64,000 nt of DNA from Eukaryota sp. TZLM1-RC (GCA_040285825.1 JAUPSS010000007.1:2268689-2332688); one strand, 5' to 3'; positions 1-11,965 are shown, counted from the first letter of the stretch. Translations and numbers: made by a program. The notes: a model not told the origin generated them from the sequence alone.

Positions 1-1150
1 GCAATATTGATTTCTTGAGGTACTTCACCTCTTAATAAACTAATTGTTCTTTCAGTCATTTGATTAATTATACTTCTGTTTAAATCCATCTTTTGTTGCT
101 CTTCAGATGGTTCATAATTGGATAGATCAATCACTTTACCAGTAGAGTAACTTATTGTGATAAGAGAGTCATTCCATATGGTGTCTCTTATTCTTTTGAA
201 TTTGGAACTTTTTGACTCAAATCTTCGTTGATTTTGAGTGTACCTGAAATGACATATTTATCTCTCTCAGGTTTTTTTGAATGAGTCATTCCAGTAGCTA
301 AATTGGCAGAAAAATAGAGTAGATCAGATATCCCGGATCAACAGCAGCTATGGTCATATCTTGAAATTCAGAAGGATTGATGCTGGGGTCATCAATATAT
401 TTTTCCTTATCTTTCAATTCTTTTGCAGTTACTTTGTACTTTTTCAAGTCAATTCTAGATTGAATGAATGATACTACTACTCTATCAGTCTCGATACTAG
501 ACATGATGTATTTTGAACACTCTGAATAAAGTTTCATGTTCTTAATATCGTCCATTTTCAAAATGGTGTTCCATAGAACCAAATGAACAGCTTGATTATT
601 ACATTGGTAAGGCGACTTTTGACCAAAAATCTCCTTGAATTCGGCAAAGAACAAACCCAATAAACTTGTCTAGTCAATTCTGATATATGCGGAAATACAA
701 ATTTCTTCACAGGCAGAGCATAAAAGAGTTTGATCTCCCAATCTTCTAAGACATTATTAATATAAAACATTGGTCTCAAATACATATCTGATTTTAACGA
801 AAAATCAGATTTTGAATATTTCCCTTTCAGTAGTTGGAAGAAAATAAAAGATACGGTCATTAATCAAAAGCGAACTAATCGGCGTGACTGTCTTCTCATT
901 GCAGAAGTTCCACCACCAATATCTCTACATTCCTGTAGAATAAAGAGATTTAACGTTACTATTAAACAACGAAAAGTTTTTCTTATCCTGTTTTTTCAGG
1001 ACATTGTTGTTTCTCTTAACATCATAGAAAACATCAACAAACTGATCCAAATACTCAAAGTAATGCGCTTGGATGTTAGTTTTGAAATTCACCATCAGTT
1101 TGTCAATTGTGTTATACAAAATATTACTTATTTTTTTATAAAACTATTGG
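1..1150 (-). pseudogene. Fanzor1-type RuvC nuclease pseudogene (locus A), frameshifted, runs off the left edge of the window
   Basis: Joining frames gives Fanzor1-like motifs: NFKTNIQAHYFEY (925-1119), FYALPVKKFVFPHI (558-860), RuvC-I IAAVDPG then, after a frameshift, SDLLYF, and FRYTQNQRRFESKSSKFKRI (about 180-250). Confidence 0.75.
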
Positions 1151-1919
1151 AACAAGTTTTTCTTTGAAATGTGGGTAATAGAATTCCAACAATGGCGCAC
1201 AACGAGAATTTTGTAATGCTGTTTTTGTCTCTGCGTTAAGGGAACTTTCCTCCTCACTTTGAGATGTCACAACAAGAAAAGTCAACAACAATATATCGGC
1301 GCTTCCATTTTTGGTAAAGTATCTTTAAAGTTTAAGTCAAAAAGGTGCAAATTATAACCACAGATGAATTCTAAACCAACAATAGAAATTTCCTGACACC
1401 TAATTACTGCTTCATCGATCACGTCAATCATTTTCGGATCTCTGATGACATTTTTAGGTTGTCCTTATAACCGTTATAAGGTTTATGTTTAACAGAGTTT
1501 ATAAATTGGTCACTGTTGAAGAAATGAAATAATTTCATGGTCTGCATCTCTCAGACAATAAATTGCAACTGCATTTCTTCTTTTAGGTAAGGGGAAATCT
1601 GAAAAAAGATCATCTTCATGAACCTTCCAATATTTTGCAGTATACTGACGATTACGGTCAATTTTACTTTCCCCTAATAAAATCTATGAAACTATTTTTA
1701 ATTTGCGTGGTTGATAATAATTTGTGTAAATACTACAAATATCATCAACAAATCGACCAACAATCAAAGGGTTCAAGTGTTTGTGATTCAATTCTATTAG
1801 ATTTGAATTATAGCATTGAATCCTTTTACTAGCATCGATTTCACCTTTCAAAAAGCCCTTATTTTGAGAACGTTTCACGTTATGTGGAATGTCAAATTTG
1901 ACACTACTAAAACCACATA

Positions 1920-2246
1920 TTATATGAGGATTTTCAAAAATTTTAAAAAATTTTTAAAAAATTCATGATGGACTACTGGGACAAATTGACCCTTCTCTAC
2001 CAAAAAAGAGGAAAAGTCAATCTGACCACGTGACCCATTTTCGACCAAATGATAGGACGGGTCTTGAGAGGAAGTTCCTGTACTACCTTTGGTTGAACAA
2101 GAATTCACATGTGAAGGTGGAATCTCAGAAGGGCTGGAAATGAGCTCCCAGCAGTGCTCAGTCCAAGCCTGCTCCTGGATGGTTTCACTCAGCGGCGAAT
2201 CCATATAATCCTGAATCATTGTTGGTCCAGGGAGTGCGTCTAACAT
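1920..2246 (-). CDS. hypothetical protein (possibly a truncated gene)
   Basis: 108-aa ATG ORF with coding-like GC content; no recognisable domain. Confidence 0.25.
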   Translation of the reverse strand: MLDALPGPTMIQDYMDSPLSETIQEQAWTEHCWELISSPSEIPPSHVNSCSTKGSTGTSSQDPSYHLVENGSRGQIDFSSFLVEKGQFVPVVHHEFFKNFLKFLKILI

Positions 2247-2779
2247 GCAGTGACAATAATGATCTCATCTATCAAATTTTACGCTTGTCGAACTGTTCTC
2301 AACCTCTAGATGCTTCTGGGAGGTTTTCTCTTTTCACCTCACATTTCACTATCTTCATTACTTTCATTTCTAACACAGTCAACAATGTTGTTGACCTCGC
2401 GGTTGAATGTAGATCACCTCGACTACATTATCAGTTAAAGTACAATATTCTTATTGGTTTGTTTTTGGATTCGCTTGTTGTTCTCTAATCTAGGTTCTTT
2501 CAGGCATTGTCTTACCTTCTTTTTCGTCTCCATGTGCCAAACACTTTAGCCCTTCTCAATACGCTGAGACAAAAAGCAAAATTGTTTCATTTGTCCACGT
2601 TTATTTTCTGTTTTTTTGCTGTTTATGTTTTGTTTATTGAACCAGCCACAGCACTGCCCTCTGATCATGCCAATGGTTTCCGTTCAGCTGCTCACATGTA
2701 CTGTATCAACAACAATGTACGGAGAACAACGTTGAAATTTCAATAACACCAAGTCAAGAAATTACTTCTAACAATGAAG

Positions 2780-2890
2780 ATGGTTGTGTCTGTTTTTGAG
2801 ATGTAGAAGTAACTATTACTACTTGTGGACACTACATTTGTCTTGATTGTTTGGAGAAAAACAGATTAAGAAAAACATTTGTCTTTATTT
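2780..2890 (+). pseudogene. degenerate RING-finger fragment
   Basis: Manual translation CVCF*DVEVTITTCGHYICLDCLEK fits part of a C3HC4 RING pattern, with an internal stop. Confidence 0.35.
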
Positions 2891-4324
2891 ATCGAGGATT
2901 TAACTTGTTATTGACAAAAAATATTGTTTTTCATGAATGAACTATTAGAAAACTGCTTATCACTAATATTAATAATTAAACACACCTTTTCCGCTATAGC
3001 AAAATTTAATAAAAAACAATAATGACTTATCAACTCCTGAGACCTTTTATTGAACTCACCACTATTAAAGATAACGTTTTACATCTTTTTACTGATGAAG
3101 ATTTTAATATACATTCGATAGCATCAATTACAATAATAAAATTCTCAAAAGGAAATAATTTTAATCAAAACAGGGGTGAATTATACAATTACGATGATTA
3201 TACGATTATTTTCTTTTCCTATTTTACATAACCTTCTTCTCCACCCTCTAACGGCACATGATTTCACATTAAATTCACTAAACTGCCACTTTCACTTGCT
3301 GTTTCGACAATCACAAACTAGCATAACACACAGATCAGTATCACCTTAAAATAAAAGACGTGCAGAGATTATTAGTATATTTGTACTACAGCAGTGCGAG
3401 GCTTCGCACAAGGTAGAATCAAAAACCAAACTAAACAAAGGTATTTATTATAAACACAGATATTTCCAAATCTACCAAAAATCTGAGATGATTGGCAGAG
3501 TTAATTCCTTGGAGTATCTCATCAATACTATATTGCATCCGTTTGATTTGTTGTATGCAGCCGCAATGTTTAAGAGAAAAACAGATGAACAACCGTCAAC
3601 AGTTCACTGAGTACATAGCTGAGTGTCCAGCATCAAGCGTCTCGCATAAAGAAGAACAACCAAATGTAGTCTATGTGATCAAGAAGAACACAACCGTTCC
3701 TCATGTGAGTGTATGTAACTTACCATGTTTAATTAGCCATATTGATATCTCAAGCTGAAGTTGAAGATTTTCCAGAAAGTGGCTCATAAAGCAACGGTTA
3801 AAACAAAGAAAGTTCCCGTAAACAATTTTAAACAGAACAGTAGCAATTACCACAAGCAGTGAGTGCCAATGTATGATGAACACCTACACTACGAGAAACA
3901 ACGTGAGAGAAGAAGGGTAACTGGAAATTCTTTCTACTAGTAGCACGATGAGGAAAACATCGGGAGAGAACACCAGGTGTTGGAGATGAGAATAAAGAAA
4001 CAGAAGGTGCAACAGAGCCAATAAGGTTGATTCGTTTTGTGCGAGACCAGAGAATTGAGTTTGGACAAAGAAGTATCGTGGACTAATCTGTTGATGATGC
4101 TGAGAGCGTCTTTCATGAGTTACATAGAGTTGAAATTCCAGAAACTTTTACAAAGGAGACCTAGTTTATGAACCTAGTCTATGAAGTTAGGGGAAAGTGT
4201 GGGAATAGTGAAAACCTCCCAAATTCCAAGTTGAGGGTTAAAAACCTTCCAGAACAGGCAACAAGAAGTCGAAAATGGGGTGACAAGTGTAAAATTTGAT
4301 AGATGAGCTCTTTATTCTCACTAC

Positions 4325-6469
4325 ATGACAGACACCCACTCTGTGTCACGTGTATTCACTCGGTCTTGTGCACTTAACTCGCTGCTGACCCCTGCAGCGG
4401 TGCAACAAATTCGGACTGACCTTCCTTTGGTCACCCAGATTTGTCATGAAGCTTCTCTATTGCATCAATCTTTTCTTCTCAATTTTCCGTTGGCATCTAG
4501 AGCTTTAGTGGAACAGGTTTTATGGTATCCGTTTATGACCATCATCACCACTGGTTCTTTTCCAAAGCCTTCCACATCTAAAGGCCAACGCCAATTACTC
4601 CATATCATTTACAATGGATTTCTTCCTGAATGCTCACAAGACAGGTCTCTTGTTTCTTTGTGGGAAAATTCTTTAGTGCCTTACAGAAATTCATTCAATC
4701 TTTTTCTCAATGCTTGGCTGCAATCTCAGAATTTGTAATTTTATCAATAGACAAGGCTTTCTCTTTACCTTGCTTGTCGGGCTCGTCAATTTGCGTCTAA
4801 TGTGAAGACATGTTTACCTAAAATTTGTCAATCCTGGACAAAAAACTTTATTCGTGCTCATTTTAGAGCCTGCATAAAACAAATGTCTTTGCAAATAATA
4901 TTCTTTCACTTTTGCCAGATGAACCATTAGCCCAACCCGAGGAAGTAGTTGTTGATTCTGTTCTTGAATACTACATCAATTTCAATTTGAATAATTCTAG
5001 AGAAAGATTCTTTTTATTAAATGCATGTAAGTTTATCTTGACTCTCCTTCAAAGATTTCCTACCACCGCCTCTCTACTGTCCTCACATGATAAAATCACC
5101 TTTTCATCAAAGGAAATTGGTGAGCTTTTTCTCTTTAATCTTAAAATTTCACAATACTTACTCACTTTCTTTTCTCACATGCATTGCTGGAAGAAACTCA
5201 GAATAATACCTTTAGCCTCTCATAAAGGTTCTAAATTTCATGAGGTTTCTTCACATATTTTCCACTCTGTGAAAAAATTTCCACTTATTGAAGGATTATC
5301 TTCCAAAACAAAGTTTATCAAAAATACATGTCTGAAACGAATATTCAAACAATGTCCTTGTCAAAAATTTAATATCAACATAAAAAGTTTGAAAAATAGA
5401 TTTAAAAATTTTTATTGAAAACTAATGGTAATGAACTGCTTTTGACCTTTGAAGGTAAAAATAATGACTCGAAATTCCACTCTGTGAAAAAAATTCCACA
5501 TTTTGAAGGATTATCTTCCAAAACAAGGTTTATCAAAAATACATGTCTGAAACGAATATTCAAACAATGTCCTTGTCAAAAATTTAATATCAGTTTGAAA
5601 AATAGATTTAAAAATTTTTATTGAAAACTAATGGTAACCTTTGAAGGTAAAAATAATGACTCGAAAACAAAGATGAGTTGGATGAAGCACCGAAAAAGAA
5701 AAGAAGATCAAAACATGAAATAAAAAGTGACCCTAATGCCAACAAAACCAGAGAAACACAATTGAAGGACACTAAAGAAATGCCCCGTCGAAGATGTAGA
5801 CATCCAGTCGAAATTTTACCTGAAAGGCCCTTTATTGGCATTGATCTGGGCCAATCAAGATTATGTGGTTACTTCTTAAATGATAACCAATGTGGAATTA
5901 TTCCTTGTCCAACTGGCAGGAGGTACAGGACAAATCCTTCACCCAGTAAACACTCTCCCAACCAATATTCCGTTCAAAATTTCAACCAATATTTCAACCA
6001 TTGGAATTTGGTTAGGAGGAAAGTGTATTTGAAAAGTAATCGCCAGAAATGGAAGATAATTAAATTTGATAACCGAAGACGAAAAGAGAGACGGTTCAGA
6101 GAGACTCTCAACAAATTTCAAAGGCTGGCTGGACATCCTGATAAACTCTACCTTGCTGTGGGTTCTGCTAATTTCCCTTCACATGGCCGAAAAGTCAATC
6201 GATATGGATCAGCAAGGGCTTTCAGAAAATGGTTGTGTTATCAAAAGGACGTGAAGCACTTGTCAACCAGTGAATTTAATACAAGCAAACTGTCAAGTTG
6301 TTGCATGGCCGAGAATACTCAAACAGGCTCATGGCAGATGCGTGTTTGTACAGAGTGTCAAATAGTATATGACAGAGGTATTTCCGCTGCAAAAAATATT
6401 CAAATTAAGAAGAAAGCGGAATTGTGGCCGGAAAGATACATTTGCCCAGATGCTCTGTTGAGAAGATGA
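4325..6469 (+). pseudogene. Fanzor nuclease (locus B1), full length but frameshifted
   Basis: N-terminus RSCALNSLL...EQVLWYPF aligns with locus C. RuvC-I IGIDLGQSRLCG, RuvC-II region AVGSANF...SEFNTSKLSSCC, Zn finger and RuvC-III CTECQIVYDRGISAAKNI (Asp to Gly here, Asp in B2). Several frameshifts and an internal tandem duplication. Confidence 0.85.
5260..5666 (+). repeat. tandem duplication (about 215 bp plus about 192 bp) inside Fanzor B1
   Basis: ttccactctgtgaaaaaa...aataatgactcgaaa occurs at 5260-5474 and 5475-5666; single copy in paralogue B2. Confidence 0.9.
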
Positions 6470-6501
6470 ATGGGGAACCTGAGCATACAGAAACAAAAAC
6501 T

Positions 6502-6721
6502 TTTGAGACCGATCTACAAATGCCCTAGTAGCATTTGGTAGATCCACTTAGATACATCAAGTCGCGAGGCTTTGTTCTGTGAAAGCAGTAGGTGTATTTA
6601 AGTGAGGTAGCCCATTGATGAAGATCATGATTGTCTTTGTCAAATGATGCTACATGTCTCTTACAGCCTGTGAGTAGATATTGTGAAAGTTGAAAACAGG
6701 AGTGAATTTCACAGGGGAATG
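6502..6721 (+). ncRNA. putative Fanzor omegaRNA scaffold (type B)
   Basis: Directly 3' of the Fanzor stop and conserved at 30204-30413. Closing stem GAGAC/GTCTC encloses GATCTACAAATGC/GCATTTGGTAGATC, ACTTAGATACATC/GGTGTATTTAAGT (with a CTGT-GAAA-GCAG tetraloop arm) and GTAGC..TTGATGAAGAT/GTCTTTGTCAA..GCTAC. Confidence 0.7.
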
Positions 6722-6778
6722 TATGATAAGATAAACTCACAGTACTCCCAGGCTACAACAATAACATACCTGCTTTTG

Positions 6779-7504
6779 ATGGATAAGATCAGCAAGCTAT
6801 CGTTTTCATCAACTGTATATTCTGCTGTACTACTATTGACTTGTTTGTATATTTTTTATCCTTATGAAACCCGTCCATATTGCTCCTCTAGTTCATGTCC
6901 ATCTTTTTCATCAATTTTGCTCAACATAATCACTTCTATAGCTGCAGTCTCTTTCATCACAATACTCATAACAAGTATCTTCATTTTGAAATTATCAGGA
7001 CACAAACTAGATCATGCCTGGACCTTCAAGTCTCTTTCTCTCTTAGCTGTTTTCTTTTCTTGCATTTCGCTTCTCCTGTGCCTGTCTGTATTCTTCCGCT
7101 ACGCTCCTATGGTACAAGTGTCATTCTTATATGATATTGAGTTTATTCATGTAGACAGACCAGACAGCACATCATTGATCATATCTGGTTACCCTAAAGA
7201 GTGGATAACTCAATTGGATTCCTCAACTGAGTTCAAGGCCACACTATATAAAACTTTTGTTACTTTTTCCAATGATGATCTGCTCTATCCGCATGTATCA
7301 CTTGAATTGGTAGCCGAAGGAGTAACTCTGGCAGAAGATGATGGTGATTTGGTTGTTGTAATTACTGAGAAGTTATCTGGAGATTATTTAATAGTTTTGG
7401 AAGCAAGTACAAACTTTTTGAAGGTGAGTGACTTTGAATATCGAAGTGTTTTGTATGATTCACTCTATGTCGATTCTAGGTTCTTAATAAATATTTCTCT
7501 TTAA
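6779..7504 (+). CDS. hypothetical membrane protein (about 3 N-terminal hydrophobic segments)
   Basis: Long ORF; likely ATG at MDKISK; hydrophobic stretches followed by a soluble region. Confidence 0.55.
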   Translation: MDKISKLSFSSTVYSAVLLLTCLYIFYPYETRPYCSSSSCPSFSSILLNIITSIAAVSFITILITSIFILKLSGHKLDHAWTFKSLSLLAVFFSCISLLLCLSVFFRYAPMVQVSFLYDIEFIHVDRPDSTSLIISGYPKEWITQLDSSTEFKATLYKTFVTFSNDDLLYPHVSLELVAEGVTLAEDDGDLVVVITEKLSGDYLIVLEASTNFLKVSDFEYRSVLYDSLYVDSRFLINISL

Positions 7505-7983
7505 TTCTTTGAACGAGTTTTGGTTCTTGAATCACCACAAATGTAGCTTTTATATATTAATTCTATTTTAAATGTCATTGGCGAACATTTTCTAAAAGAT
7601 AGTAAATTCACAAGTAATAGTAGGTATAATGGAATATACCCCTAATCCATATCACTAAATTGGTGTTTCTTATATCATACATCGTGAAAATTACACCTTA
7701 CGCATCGGATTATCAGGAGTATAAACAATTCTTCAATATCTATAGGTCTACCGGGAGTGGAATGGGTACAAAAGCTCAAACAGAATTTTGATCAAAAATG
7801 TCTCTGATAACAAAGTCTTTTTGCATTAATTGATTTAAAGATTTAGTACTGACTATCACCATCTATTTTTCATAAAAAATATGGCATTTATTAACAAAAA
7901 AGTGAGAATCCAAATCACACCTTAAAAACATTGAAAGATCAACAAGACTATAAAGACTAAAAAATTCTACAAAGAAGCAAATG

Positions 7984-8633
7984 TCATGACGAATAAGAAT
8001 AATGAGGCCATCCACCCATCTGCATTGGTGGATACATGGGTGGCTGACTAAACTGCATTCCTTGAGATAATGGAGGGAACGATTGTGACCAAGGTCCCGG
8101 TTGCGCCAATACGTTTGGAGCCGTTCCTGGGATTGATGGTGGAGTAGACACTGGTTCGTTTCGTTGTTTTCTATAGACATAAAAGGCTAAACAAGCATGC
8201 TTAGCTGCTCTAGAAAAAGCACATTGAGGAGAAAAGGGATTTACATTTATAAGAGGATTTTGTTGAAAAGTGGGTGGTACTTGTTGTTCAATCACAGGTA
8301 CAGTAAGAGTTTGTGATGGCTTGGTGTCTTCAGTCTTTGGCTTCTTGGTTGGCCGTTTTGCCTTTGCAGCTTCAGCCTTCCTGCGACGATCCCTCTCGGT
8401 TATGAATGTGTAAATTTTTTCTTGGGACAGTCCAACCAGTATGAGTGCGATTTCTTTCTCAGATTTGTTCAAAGTGGTCTTCACTGTACGGGTTGCTAAT
8501 GATGAGAGGAACACAAGATCATACACTTTCGTCTAGGTTTAGCACGAGATCGAGCGCGGGGTTTGTAAAGTTCATCGTCATCGTCATCCGGTTCTTCAAA
8601 CGAATACTTAAGTCCTCTCGTTGATCGGGCCAT
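7984..8633 (-). CDS. hypothetical basic, Pro/Gln-rich protein with one 29-nt intron (8496-8524)
   Basis: ATG at 8633 (MARSTRGLKYSFEEPDDDD) joins the 7984-8526 ORF in frame only if gtatgatcttgtgttcctctcatcattag is spliced out. Confidence 0.7.
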
Positions 8634-9284
8634 TAAGTTGTCTCAAAGTTGTAAAACTTGCCACTGAGAGACAATTGGTGGAGTCAAAGAAATGTCAGTC
8701 TTGAAAGATTTCCGAAATTGTCAGTCAGATTGAAAAATGATTGTTCCAAATATAGTTCCACCTTGTGTGATGCACCTCTATCTGTTTCCGTTGGTCACTG
8801 TCATTCTTATTAACCTTTGTTTTGAGCTCTGGTCTCCTCATGTTTACCAAAATGTGATTCAATGCTGCATGAATACATCATGCCAGCCTGGTCTTATGTA
8901 AATTCTTCCAATCTCCATTATGATAGTTAAAAAACTTCATCCTACACTGACAGTACAACTGTTGGAAACAACTTCAGTGTAGTTTATGCTATGTTACTTT
9001 TTGAACTCAACCCTAATTTCCAACTTGCTGATAAACTTCATGACTCGACTTGACTTACATCAAATCTCAGGGTTAACTGGCTTTGTATCTAGTTTGTTGC
9101 TCCTCAACAAAGCGGCTGTATCAATTGTTTTCAACATACAGTTGATGGTTGCAGTTGTGTCTTCGAACCTTGTGAGAAAGTACATGTAAGAAAATAAACT
9201 TAATTTAAGAGTTTATCTCAATGAATATTTACATAAAAAACTAAAAATACAAAAAAAAAGAAAAATACTAATAACTATACTATA

Positions 9285-11060
9285 CTACGACACTTTTGCT
9301 CGATGCTTCTTAACCTTTTGTGCTGATAGATTAAGGGTGTTGAATTCATTTCTCTTTTCCAGCTTCCTTAGCAACTCTGAGATTCGATACGGAAGCCGCT
9401 TTGTATTAAGGAACCCAGAAGAGGCGAGATACCAACCATTATGGTCAAAATTATCAATTTTCTTGATTTTTCTCCCATTAAGATCAAAAATACAAGTGAC
9501 GGGGCCAGTGGGTAGTCTTAGCTTTGACGAGAGATAACCAAACAAATGATCAATAGTTCTAAACTTTGTTCTCAGCAAAACCACCTGCATACCTCTATCA
9601 TGAAGCTCCCCATCCTTGAAAATGGTGATGCAAGGTGGAGGGGCTGAGACAAGGGGAGTTGGTGTTGGAGAGGAGGAGAGAGAAGGCATATGACTAACGG
9701 AAGAGTCAACAATAGTCTTGTGCAATTGTGAGCCCTTAATGACCTTGAATTGATGAGGAAGTCTCACAAAATCAAGCCCTTCAGCTCCAGTCAAAACATA
9801 CTGTCCCCCATGTCGAAATCCACTCCATTTAGTTACTTTCTTCCCTTCCTGGTCATACACATTCCTCACCGTCCCTGTATTTATGTATCCGCCTACTGAC
9901 TCTGTGAGGAAAGCTCGGAGTTGATCATGAGTTCTTATACGTTCCCTATTCAGCACAACAGGGAGAGGGGAGTCATGAAGGTGACCGTTACGGAATACAT
10001 AGATGGTGACTACAGAAGAAGGAATAGTGACTGTTTCATTGGATTCAGCCTCATTAACCTCATTCCCCATCTTGATTGGATCATCCTGCTGGTGAGAACC
10101 ATGGACGTACCGCTGAGAAGAGGTAGAGGGGCTGGTAGAGGAGAAACGAGATGTAAGTTTAATTGGAAGTTGAACTAAATCAAAAGGATCAAAATTGCGA
10201 ACTGCCACGTAATTCTCATGATTTCTGAGTGAGTGTATTGACCTGACAGGACTTCCATTAACCGTGAACAACCCTGTGACATTGCCATCAAACAATCGAG
10301 TGTCAGATACCTCTTGAAAATTCCATTTTGAATCCTTTTCTTCTTCCATTTTCTTGTCTAATGCATCCCTACATCGATGGAGAATCTCTGTGAACAATTC
10401 AACAGTAGAAGGACGTTCACTTACACTTGGAAGAGTAATGGGAACCGCAACCCCATTGTGAGTACAACAACCATTTTCAAACACATTAATGACAAAATCA
10501 GAGGAGGATACCCTAGGTGTTTGTGGAGAACTTTCCCTTAATCTATGGACGGTTTCAAAAACCTTTCTGGGGACTTCACTAGGCACTCTCTCGAGGCTAG
10601 GTACATGGTGGACCTCAATGGTCTCATCAACTGGGCGAGGGGGATCCGTAGAAAAGGCAAGAGGAGTGGAATCAGCAGTCATTTGCTGCTGGTTCCTTCT
10701 TACAGCGTTAAACGGAATTCTATTGAAGTCAAACCCTTCGCCACTACAAATGATGTACGCAAACCTGTCTTTGAATTCGTAAATGCTGGTTACTTGGTGA
10801 CCATCAATAGAGTGAATTCTACGAACAGGACCAGTGAATGGACGGAGAATACGTGTTATTTGGGAGTAGAGGTGAGCCATAGAAGGGGTAGATCGAGGGT
10901 TGACAGCAAAGGGATGACCAGACTCATGGTAGGCACCATTTCTGAAAAGATAGATCAGAGGACCCTTAGTGCCATCGTAGTTGTACTTCTTGATTGTTCT
11001 TTTAGTAAGAGGAGGCTTGTAAGGAAATGTAGGCGTTGATGGAGGTAGATAGCCCCACAT
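9285..11060 (-). CDS. doublecortin (DCX) domain protein with four DCX-like repeats
   Basis: Four repeats of the pattern I.(L/V/I)F(R/E/K)(N/D)G...V..I...(D/E/N)G..(V/I)......Y, e.g. IYLFRNG...GPVRRIHSIDGHQV and ITIFKDG...GPVTCIFDLNGRKI. Confidence 0.85.
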   Translation of the reverse strand: MWGYLPPSTPTFPYKPPLTKRTIKKYNYDGTKGPLIYLFRNGAYHESGHPFAVNPRSTPSMAHLYSQITRILRPFTGPVRRIHSIDGHQVTSIYEFKDRFAYIICSGEGFDFNRIPFNAVRRNQQQMTADSTPLAFSTDPPRPVDETIEVHHVPSLERVPSEVPRKVFETVHRLRESSPQTPRVSSSDFVINVFENGCCTHNGVAVPITLPSVSERPSTVELFTEILHRCRDALDKKMEEEKDSKWNFQEVSDTRLFDGNVTGLFTVNGSPVRSIHSLRNHENYVAVRNFDPFDLVQLPIKLTSRFSSTSPSTSSQRYVHGSHQQDDPIKMGNEVNEAESNETVTIPSSVVTIYVFRNGHLHDSPLPVVLNRERIRTHDQLRAFLTESVGGYINTGTVRNVYDQEGKKVTKWSGFRHGGQYVLTGAEGLDFVRLPHQFKVIKGSQLHKTIVDSSVSHMPSLSSSPTPTPLVSAPPPCITIFKDGELHDRGMQVVLLRTKFRTIDHLFGYLSSKLRLPTGPVTCIFDLNGRKIKKIDNFDHNGWYLASSGFLNTKRLPYRISELLRKLEKRNEFNTLNLSAQKVKKHRAKVS

Positions 11061-11239
11061 AAAAAACTTGTAAAGTCAAATGGTCTGTAGGTGTAAGAGA
11101 CTAGGTATGTTCGTAGGTTCGTAGGGTCAACCTGAAAGTCAACCTGATTGATTTTGAAACTACCCCTGTTTTTGTCAGAAAGGTTAACAAAGATAATTCA
11201 AATGTAGATTTCTGAATATTGTTTTGACAAAAGCCAAAA

Positions 11240-11965
11240 CTTTAAAATAAAATAAAAACGTCATTTATTTATTCAAAACATCAATGAAAAAAAACTAGAA
11301 AAAAGACATCTGAGTTTAACAAGATAAAGATCCTCAGCGAATCTTTGACTGCACTACATGTCTTCCAACAAACAAGGAAGATATGTCTTGATTTGTGGAT
11401 AAAGTGTAACAAAAGTAATCTGCAAACGATACCACCCAATGATGAATGAGGCCAGGTTCGAGTATTGAGATCATCACCGGCTGCTTATTCTTGATTCTTA
11501 AAAATACAGATACATGTAATATCTTCAATGATATTGGGATAGTGTAGTGGGTAAATTGGATGGTTTTATAGTTACAAAAAGGCAAGAGCCATTATGCAGT
11601 TTAGCTACTTTGTTTAAATGGATTTTGTTACCAACACGTTTTGAGCACTACAGAAGAAGAACTGACATGTACCATGTGAACTGGGATTTATATATTTTGT
11701 TGATATGTAAAGCAATGAAGCAGGAATGTTACAAGGTAAGTCACTCTAAGAACACTCTCGTAGCAAGACTTGGTAGGTATGTACTCTAACCATTTGAACT
11801 GCTTAAAGGATTTCACAAATTCTAAATTTCCCATATTCCCACATCATGCCACAACCCAAAAGGAAAGACCTTCACTTCAAAGACGACCCATTTTCCATGG
11901 ACATTTTTTTCCATGTGAAAAGCCACAGGCAGAAATGGCAACACATTGTGAATAACCCTTCTGCA
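11240..11965 (+). repeat. segment duplicated at 54820-55718
   Basis: Near-identical sequence (e.g. gacatctgagtttaacaagataaaga...cacattgtgaataacccttctgc) at both places. Confidence 0.9.

Noticed and set aside
1200-1900. Possible highly decayed retrotransposon fragment
   Set aside because: Only faint resemblance to the RLE-3 pre-RT region; no motif can be read with confidence.
3388-3416. GC-rich hairpin GTGCGAGGCTTCGCAC followed by GTAG, resembling a Helitron 3' end
   Set aside because: No canonical CTRR at the usual spacing, no Rep/helicase remnant and no second copy in the window.
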